Of a DNA stretch of 64,000 nucleotides, positions 51,050-64,000 are shown piece after piece. Position numbers and translations under genes: made by a program. Under the pieces are notes generated by a model. The model made no database searches and was not told the DNA's origin. It worked only from the letters and a program-made list of their open reading frames with translations. This stretch comes from Antedon mediterranea (taxonomy: Eukaryota > Animalia > Echinodermata): contig NC_092680.1 in assembly GCF_964355755.1 (NCBI RefSeq), forward strand, positions 992,001 through 1,056,000. Reading direction: 5' to 3'. The stretch's first letter is position 1; each line of letters starts with the position of its first letter.

Positions 51050-51497
51050 GTTTCGCAACGCTACGAATACAATAACGAAAACGGATACGTCATACATTTA
51101 TTAAACTTTTGAGCTGATCCCCATTTCATATTCGTAAAGCGTATTTGTGTTGACGAATATCACATATCATATTCGTAACTACACAACGAGTATAGTTTTT
51201 TATTATTTTCCACATTTTGCATTTGAATCAGAAATGATTCATGATTATAATATAATTATAGATTTATTGAAAGTAATTTACTAAAGTCGATTTTGATAAA
51301 TAGCAGTTTTTAAAGTGCTCACTCGCTTTGATGTTACGCAGGCCTAGGCAGCCAAGCAACACGTACCTGCTGAATTTACCGCAGTCACATTTTTTTTGTT
51401 TAGATCGACGGCGCCCTCGATTTTTGCAGGCTTACGAAAACGAATACATGTGCGTGACGTATTCGTTTTCGTTATCGTATTCGTAGCGTTGCGAAAC
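51050..51497. mobile_element. MITE with ~43 bp terminal inverted repeats
   Basis: GTTTCGCAACGCTACGAATACAATAACGAAAACGGATACGTCA (51050-51092) and TGACGTATTCGTTTTCGTTATCGTATTCGTAGCGTTGCGAAAC (51455-51497). Confidence 0.8.
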
Positions 51498-52676
51498 AGA
51501 AAATCAATGAATTATTAAATTAGAATATTGGACAAATAATAGCACAACTTGAGGCCACCTGAGAACATCATTGGTGGAATTTGTTTTGCCAGTGTGTTAT
51601 TTACAAATGTTCCCCAATATACTTAATATCAATCTTTTTTAAAGTTTATTATTTAAAGATGCATCATTAAGTAGAATTTAATCTATTGTGTTTTGTAATT
51701 GTATCGTTTATAAAAATATTCAAGGCTAACTTTCACAAAACTTAATCATGGAGCTATTATACATTATTATGTGCAATGTATTGTAAATGAACATTTCAAC
51801 AGATGATGTACAGTAGGTTGAAACTACATAAGGCAAAACAAACTTAACTTAATAAACTTTGGGACAGTTTACTCTTGAATGTATTTAAAAGCTCAAAGAT
51901 ACCAGCCATTTGTCTCATTTTGAGACCCTGTCTTCAGGTGAAAAAAGTCTTAAATCTTCTAAAAACATAATATACTGAAGGGAATGTACTGATACAAGGC
52001 GTAAGTCTGTATTACTAGACGTCGATTCGACTTCATATCGGTAAAACGATAAATATTGTGGCACACATGGTGTCAATGTATAATACTTCCAACTAACAAA
52101 TATCAAAAAGAAGAATGGTGAACTAACAACATAAAAAGACAATAGCTAGATACATAAAGAAAGTCTACCAAAAGACATACATATTATATAATTATTTATA
52201 AAAATTAACAATAATTTTGTTGAAATCACTTATATAATTCAGCCTGTCTTCTCTATTATATTAGAATATATTATACTTAAGTGATTTGATTAGATTATTG
52301 CACAAAGGTAATCAATGAAACAGATTTCTTCATTATGAATTGTAGTAATTCTCAGTAATACTGAAATGTATTTAACCATCACCAAAAAAAAAAAACTGTA
52401 TGGTCAACTCTCCCATTCCTGGACCTCTTTAGACTGGCCTATACGTGAAATGAAAATTTGTTATTCCGAATGTGTTTTTAATGGTAAAAATCATTGTTTT
52501 TATTGTTTTGGACGGCAAGAAAAGTCTGGTTTTGGGAGAGTTGACTGTCCTAAACCCTTCAGGAATTTTCAGATGGGTACTAACGATTATTTAAATTAGA
52601 ATTTTCATTATGAATTATAAGTTGTCAATATATAAAAACAGAATTACCGCAAGCGTAATACAAGAATGATGTTAGT

Positions 52677-56192
<3,516 letters not shown>

Positions 56193-57942
56193 CTAGCTAA
56201 TGTGGGTGAATTAATAAAAAAATCACATCAAATCTTCTAGAATTTTTCGGGAAGCTACTGTATGCAATGTAAAAACATTTCCGAGAATAGATTTAGTTAG
56301 GAAAATAATAAAATATTAATAAAATAATGTTAATTAACCGAGAATTTGTCAAATTCTGACATGTCTGCATAGCAGGTAAGATGGCTATATGCAGGTCAGT
56401 GAGTTCATTCAGAGAGCCTAGGTCTAACCAGGATTACCTAGGCTAGGCCTGACCTCTCTAAACTAATAGCTTGCCTAGTACACCCCCAGGCTTGTGAACT
56501 TGGGGCCCCTCGGGTCGGCAGGCTAACTACTAACTGCTAGGCCTAGCTTCTTTCTAGCCTGGCCGATTCAATGTGGCATACCAAACTATCTAGGCTTAGC
56601 TAAACTAAAACATAGTTTTTCCTACTCATATTACATATCACCCATAGTATGATAACTTAGTTAATTATAATAAATAATCATTTTACCGGTGTTTGTCAAG
56701 CACAGTTAATCAGATAGTCCACGTACACACATGTCTTCTCCCACGTAGACAAGTAAACAATATTTGCTGCCCTCTATAATTATCGTTCTAGTTCCCGGTC
56801 TCAACGTTCAAGAGCTCATCAACAGATGGGTCTCCTCATCAGTATAGACTTTATTATTTAGTTCCCAGACTTGAGTAATTATTAAAAATATGGAAGAACA
56901 GTTATAGGCTTACAATGTTGGTTTTATTTCATAAAACTAATGTCACACTGAGCAAAATCAGTCAGTAAAAGCTACAAAAGCAAAATGCAACCACAGTTTT
57001 TCTTGTCAATGTCTGAGAAACATTAGGCCTATATTAACATACAATTATTTATTTAATACAATAATATATTATTCATCTTATTTTACTAATATAGTCAAAA
57101 TATTACAGGATATGATATCTAGACTACCATACCAAAATCCGTAGGGCGGAGGGAGGGGGAGAGGGTTATGTCATTTAAAAACACAGTGCTCGGAATTGGT
57201 TCATTCACGTCACACGTTAACGGGGAAGAAAAGTACACAAGATTACTAGAATATAATCTCATTTTTAAAATGCATGCAATCAATAGTATGAATTTCTCCT
57301 TTGTAACACTCAGTGACAGATTCACTGATTATTAGATTGTTAGAAAACACCTTACCAATTTGGCACACAAACGGCCGAAAAGATGTTTAAGGGTTTGTCC
57401 ACTACAAATAATTGAACTACAATAAAAACAAATATATGGGCATTTTGAAGAGGAGTATAAATACAGACAGGGTTTAAGCAAACGTCTATGGTTTCATATG
57501 AACCATTCTGTCATTTCTGCAAACATTTATTATTCAAAAGGCAAGGACGTTGTCAACAGCAATTGATGTGTTCTGATCACAAATCATAGATGAATCCATC
57601 AACCTGTTCCATCACGAGCGGCGCATGCGCATACAATCAAATCCTATCCAGCTTCATCATTCATATCACGTGGTTAAAACATTGGGTAATTGCATAATTC
57701 TTCTAAAGCTCTGTCTGCACTATCAAACTGGTTTGATTGAAAAAAGTGTGATGTCCCCAAATATGGTATTTATATGCTCAAATATGGTAGTGATATGACA
57801 TCGTCCATGGGCACATCACATTTGTCACATAAAGTTTGATAGAGTGTTATACAAGGCTTTAGATGCCCCAATTAAATTGTCCAGTTACTACAAAGTTTTA
57901 TTAGCTGGAAGCGTTTTTATTTTGCGACAATGTTCTTGCTTA

Positions 57943-60074
57943 TCAGCATGGTGAACAACGTGATTTCTGCTGCTTTTCGCTAGATGACAAGTGAGCTGTA
58001 CTTGATAAGGCACGGTTTAGACGGTTACTGGATTCTTGCATTGTACCCTAAAAAAAAGCAAACCAATACTCTGAAATAACTGAAGGCTTAGTAAAATTAT
58101 TCAGTCGCTCGTGTAACGGATATAAGCGTTCACTGGCTAAACCACCCATGGGGTTTAGCCAGTGCACAGAGAAAAAAACAGGCATTAAAATAATATGTCG
58201 AAAAATAAGTTTGGCAGATAAAACAAGTTCGTACTTACAGCACGCGGTCTTGAGTTAGCCGCCATGGCTTGCGCTAGCGTCTCAAATGCATTGTTCACGT
58301 TTATATTCGTTTTAGCACTGGTTTCAAAAAACGTCAAATTCCTTTGAATAGCAAACTGAAAATAACCATAAAAAATATTAATAAGCATTTTATAGAATTA
58401 AATACGTTTTAATTACTTTTGTGTTCACATTCCCGGCATCTTCCCTCGGCCCTCCCTGTAACCATACGAACATACAGGCTATGTTAGTCCTAACTGCTTC
58501 CAATATTACAAGATGGTCACCATCATCTGCCTTGTCTACACTATTAAACTTTATGTAACAACAAAATACGGTAATGTGCCCATATGGACACAATGATGTA
58601 ATATCACTACCATTTTTGGGCACATCACACTTTTTTGTCAAACTAGTTTGATAGTGTAGACAGAGATTTAGACAGAAATTCAACGCGATGAAATTTGAAA
58701 CTATCATGTCCATGGTTGTGTTTGTGAACCTATTGTAAGCCTACCTGTGATCCAGTCTCAGTGGCTATTACTCGTGCGTCTGAATCGCATTTATTTCCCA
58801 CTATTATTAACTCAACGTCTTCGGGTGCATTCTGTAATAATAAACAAATAATATTTAAATTTATATCAAACAAACAGAAATTTTAATTTAAAGAATTATC
58901 ACAGTTCTTTAAGCTATTGAAATCCTATACAAAATGCAGACCCCTATACATGCAGAAGACCCAACAAAAATCGAAATATCTTAATTTGTCCCTTTTAGAG
59001 ATGCAAGAGGATGATAGATTTTTAGTAAAAACAGAAATAATCACGGTAAGCTATGCTAAATTAAAAAGACGCAATACATTCAACAAGTTACTTTATAATA
59101 GGCCTATCATCAATTCTCGTTTTGATAAGAAAATGATGATGATGATGATAATATTACGACGAAATTGGTTAAAAATGTTTTTTTTTTAATGATGCAATTT
59201 AATAATTGATACCCTCTCTATATCTTTCAGCCAATCATTTAATGTTCTGAATGTTTTTTCTTGTGTGACATCATATGTGAGCAGGATACCCACGGCTCCT
59301 CGATAATAAGATCGGGTCATTGACCGGAACCTCTCTTGACCAGAGGTATCCCACAGCTGCAGCTTCATCGTACGTCCATCAACTTCAATCGTTTTAACTC
59401 TAAAATCCAAACCTAACGTAAATAAAGCATTAACTATATAATAAGTACACTGTTCTGATAATACGCACATGCGCCATACGCACAATTAACAGGTAATGCT
59501 TTACTCAGCACATTCTGATGGTAACAGGTCTTCCCGGATAAGGACGTTGTAAAACTGTAGGTCTAGTGTACACATCTGGCTCGTTTTCAGAATAGCTGAA
59601 GAACACGGAAGAGTAGGGGGAATTACCCCAGCGTAGGAGGCCTACTGAGTGAGTTTAGTTTCCACTAGGACGCAACGCAGGGACGTAAATGCAACGTAAG
59701 TAACTTGGCCAATCACAAGTGGTGAGTTATCCGAACTGTCGCTTGTCATTGGTCAATTCGGTTGTGCTTAGGCCTACGTCCCTGCGTTGTGTCCTAGTGG
59801 GAACCAAGCTTTAATATGACTCCCTTGTTAGAGGCTCCGCATTAAGGCTACCGTGGAACTATGGAGAACCTAATCGCAATTTGCCTCAATTGAAGATAAA
59901 AATATGATTATCATATATACCTAACGTAGCTTTCGTCTGCATCTCTGATGATGTACCCTCAGAATATCTCCGCAATAGGCATGTCTTTCCAACGTTTGTT
60001 TCGCCTACAATCAAAACTTTATAAAGTGACTGTGACGATTTTCTTAGATCATCATCATCGAAACCATTCATCAT
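57943..60074 (-). CDS. Rab-family small GTPase (divergent, Rab8/Rab10/Rab1-like), 5 exons, 220 aa
   Basis: Exons 60074-59921, 59412-59213, 58831-58745, 58355-58239, 58047-57943 (663 nt). G1 GETNVGKT, TLGLDF, KLQLWDTSGQERFRSMTRSYYRGA, GNKCD, ETSAK, C-terminus KSRCSPC*. Confidence 0.92.
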
Positions 60075-62985
60075 TTCTCCTATAGTACTATGTTATGATC
60101 CGAGATAGTGTCTCTTGCTGCTCAAAATGTTCACTTCAACATGACAATGTCGCATCTATTTTGATCTAAGATATTTTGTGTGTAACAACCACTTTTTCTG
60201 TGGATAAAGACAGATAGATATTTAAAACAAAGTATACAAATTATCTTTTAATAATCCTTTACTACATTTAGGCTACGTAAGTAGCCTACACCTCTTGTTT
60301 TAGTCCAGCCACTCAGTAAAATATGACTATTTGTAACATAGCAACGATTGGGTTGAATTCGTTCATTTTAAATAATTTGAACAAAATGTTAGATAAGCAA
60401 AAGACTATTGAAGTATTGTCAGGTGTTAAGGCTGCTGGCTGCTACACCTGTGTTTTTTCATCATCACGACTCAATCTCTTTACATGCAGCATAGTAGACC
60501 TTATGCATTAATCTATGAATTATGTAACTCATTACAACCGACGTATATGATATTTACTCCAATGCTGCCCAGATTTATATTACCGGTTCTTAGGCCTAGC
60601 TGGTGGATTTAAATCAAAGAAACAATCTTACCTTAATAATTAATGGGGTTTCGTAAAACGGTTTGATTAAAATTGATTTTCATAAAAAAGAATAGCAAAT
60701 ACAGCTATAAGAATTAAATTTTTATCATGCATGCACTTACTACGAGACTTACTACTTTTCCATGTAGGTATTTTGAGGGCCAAAGTTCGTATTTAACTAT
60801 TGATAATTCTACCAGCCACAGCAAGCAGAGGGTCAATACTCATTTTGATAAAATGTAATATAATTTAACTGCAAGGGAAGACTTAAAACTCGACTTATGG
60901 ACGTACCAAATGACGAAGGGGGGTTGCCAAATTTTGGGATCCCCTACGAGTGTTTTTTTTTGTCACATCGAAATGATAGGCCTCTTTCCTCAATGTCTCA
61001 GCTACTATAATGATCCTTTTATGAAATAGGCCTACAGGATTTACATACACTTTTACTATATTGCAAGTTTCTTTTTTTCCTTCATTTGTGGAAAGTAATG
61101 ATTTATGTATTGATATAAGCTGGGAGGTGGTTTTGATAGTTGTTTTAGTAGGTTATGTTAATCATTTTGTATTTTGCCATTATATTTTTATTTATATGTA
61201 AATTATTTTTTGTTTGCATTTTATATTTAATATTGATATTTTGAAGGATGCACCTTTGTGTTACAAAATGTGACATCGATATAAAGGTGTAAATCCAAAT
61301 ATTATAAAGTAGTATAACATATTTACACATAGGCTGCTGCTATACATTGACGTATTACGGTACATGTGTGGATAATATTCCAAGCACCAGTTTATTCTTG
61401 TACTTTAAATTTGCACATGACGTGATTTTTCAATGTAGGCTTCAGGAAATAGGTCTATAATATTCATAACATTGTTAAAAGGGATAGTGAAAGTAAACAA
61501 GAGGCTAGTCCGTGATCAAACACAGACATTATAATCCACACGATAATATTAATATGCTTAGGCCTAAACTAATGTTTCTTGTCCCGACTCCAAATGCGCC
61601 ATAAATCAGAATCTATCGATATCGATCGGGGTGACTGCTTTGTTGACCTGCGTACAGTGTAGGTCTGGTAATGTATAAGTAACCAATGTAAAACCTCTAT
61701 TCACTGTAAGTGAATAGAGCATATACTCATGTGGTCCTTCGATCGTCAGTATTCATCCAGATCCAGAAGTAAACATTTGGACTGTTTGAAATATTGGTTC
61801 TACTTACGTTTTCTGAACAGACGGACCACCTATATCAGTATGCTACCTCATTCCTGCATAATAACCACTATAGTTTAAACCAGTGTAAACACGTACTGGA
61901 CTAACACTGAATATTCTGGTATTGTAGCTGGTAGTGTTGTTTAATCTATTGAGGGGTTTGTTTATATTCTCATGTGACTCTCCACCAGCAACCTATAATA
62001 CCTTCCTGTACAATATTCATAATTGTTCCGGTAAGAGTATTAATGAGTTACGGCTTTACTCGGCAGCGGCGGTTTTAGCGCTCGGCGAAGGAATTTTTAC
62101 TCTTTAAAAATTGTGTAAAAAAATAATCGCTTGAAATGCATCACTCTTTCATAAGAGTGACTATTCATCCTAGAGCTAGATTTGACCAATCACAAGCGAT
62201 GGATTATTCGAACAGTCGGGTGTGATTGCGTCGCTGGTGGGAACCACGCTTTAAAGAAAACGTTTAGATACGAAACCAGCACTGTAAAACACTCTTAATT
62301 CAAGTCGGATGAAGGATCATTATGAACAAAAAGCGGAAAAGCTGGTGGCTCCATAATAATGTGCCAATTATATTTTTCCTTGGAACATTTTTGTGTGTAT
62401 ACCAGGGAAGAGTGAAATTATATAAATTGAAATTTCACTCATCTCTGGTGTATACCAATAAGTTAAAACAATTAAACCTCATAGAATTAACAGCACTTGT
62501 TATTCATGACAATTCAATTTATTAATTATACCGACATACACAAAATAATATTGGGGTGTTAGTAGGCCTACATTGCAAATAAATGGCCATAATTAAATAA
62601 GCAAATCTATTTGAAAAATATGTTATGAATTAATTATAACAAAATAGCTTAGAAAAAATATAAAAATAAAATACAAAATAATGGTATTGACAAAATGTCT
62701 TTAAAATGTTTGAACACAGACGAGGTAGTTAATTTCGTCTGAGATATTTAATTGGTTGACATTATAAGGAGATTTAGAAAAAACACCTCGTCTGTATTCT
62801 TTTTTCTAGATGATAAATTTTATTTCAAACAATTAATGGGGTTTGCTATAATATTAAATTAATTAATAAATATAATTAAATTATATTGTATACATCAAAT
62901 CCCCCTTTTATAAATAATTATACTTTATCAATAAAAACGGATAATTATTATTACCATAGTAGCCTATGTAGATGCCTTTAACACA

Positions 62986-63135
62986 CAGTGTTTTCCAGGA
63001 GTGTTTGCTAGGAGTGTCCCCAGTGTTTGCTAGGAGTGTCCCCAGTGTTTCCTAGGTGTGTCCCCAGTGTTTGCTAGGAGTGTCCCCAGTGTTTGCTAGG
63101 AGTGTCCCCAGTGTTTGCTAGGAGTGTCCCCAGTG
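62986..63135. repeat. 24 bp minisatellite, about 6 copies
   Basis: Unit CAGTGTTTGCTAGGAGTGTCCC(C) in tandem; unit length read by eye as 23-24 bp. Confidence 0.9.
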
Positions 63136-63645
63136 CCCATAGTCATATATTGCATACATTGTACATTAAACACAGGTCATAGAATAGAACAAATTTAAAA
63201 TACTGTATCTACAGTACATATTGCTAAGCTACTGTCTTAATAATAATTATTAATTTCGTTATAATCGGCACAGTAATTGTTTTATAAAATGAAAGAATTC
63301 ATTTACTTTATATAATTGGATACTTTCATACAATTTGACTATCATGCTTAAATATTCTGTGCAAGATTTAAATTCATTGATTCTAAATTACATAATATTC
63401 TATTAGCTAAAATGTAAATTATATTATATTACAATTAACTACTTATTTTATACAACATACAGAAAGTTATTTCAAAGTCAATTGATAATAATCACATAAT
63501 TAATAATTGATGGCATAAGCATATTAATAATAACTGTATATGTTAATAATAACTGTATATGTTTGCTAAATACAATACTACAATCCCATATGCATTCTAT
63601 AATGTATACAGTCAACTCCCCAAAACCTACATTTTCTTCCAAAAC

Positions 63646-63952
63646 TTAAAGATGTATTGTCCCCCAAAAACATGAAGATTAATTAAATTAGACTTTATTA
63701 TTATTATTTTGTTGTAGTTTTAATAAAGTTAATCAATTCTGTAGAAAAAAAAACGAATGTTTTCATAATAAATGGTTAAATTCAACCAAAAATCTGGTAG
63801 CCATTTTTTTGCTTTAAATTACAGTTTTCAGGTAAATCATTTTTTTTCGATTTAATTTTTGGTCAAAGTGGATAACTATTATGTGACATTAAAATGGAAT
63901 ATTCAACCAAAAAAAAATGTAAAAATTATTCAGGGGGACAATACAGCTTTAA
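63646..63952. mobile_element. TTAA-flanked MITE (Kolobok- or piggyBac-like)
   Basis: TTAA-AGATGTATTGTCCCCC ... GGGGGACAATACAGCT-TTAA terminal inverted repeats. Confidence 0.8.
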
Positions 63953-64000
63953 CAGAAAGCATCATGAAAACCAGTATTTTCACAAATACATACATTTTAT

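Noticed and set aside
61650-62036. Possible pseudo-exon ending CDSPPATYNTFLYNIHNCS before a GTAAG donor
   Set aside because: Stops in all frames upstream, no partner exons found and no recognisable family.

Overview
AT-rich, intron-rich animal genomic DNA (an invertebrate; a deuterostome such as an echinoderm is my guess from the repeat types, not established). Five spliced genes were assembled by hand with GT-AG introns and consistent phases: SLC17A9/VNUT (+, 4387-8832), MAPRE/EB1 (-, 15408-19834), a PHACTR RPEL protein (+, 28799-46650), GALE (-, 52677-56114) and a divergent Rab GTPase (-, 57943-60074). A 3.05 kb DIRS1-type tyrosine-recombinase retrotransposon (21853-24906) sits in the inferred first intron of EB1. 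It has identical inverted termini and an intact internal complementary region, but decayed ORFs and no gag. Many MITEs, tRNA-derived SINEs, a foldback element and several minisatellites fill the introns and intergenic space. The most notable observations are two duplicated alternative terminal exons giving EB1 two different acidic tails, the apparently non-autonomous DIRS plus two short DIRS-end relics, and a Penelope-like insert with a U3:A8 variant hammerhead motif just after the SLC17A9 stop. No prokaryotic system or CRISPR array is present. All calls are by eye; no database search was run.
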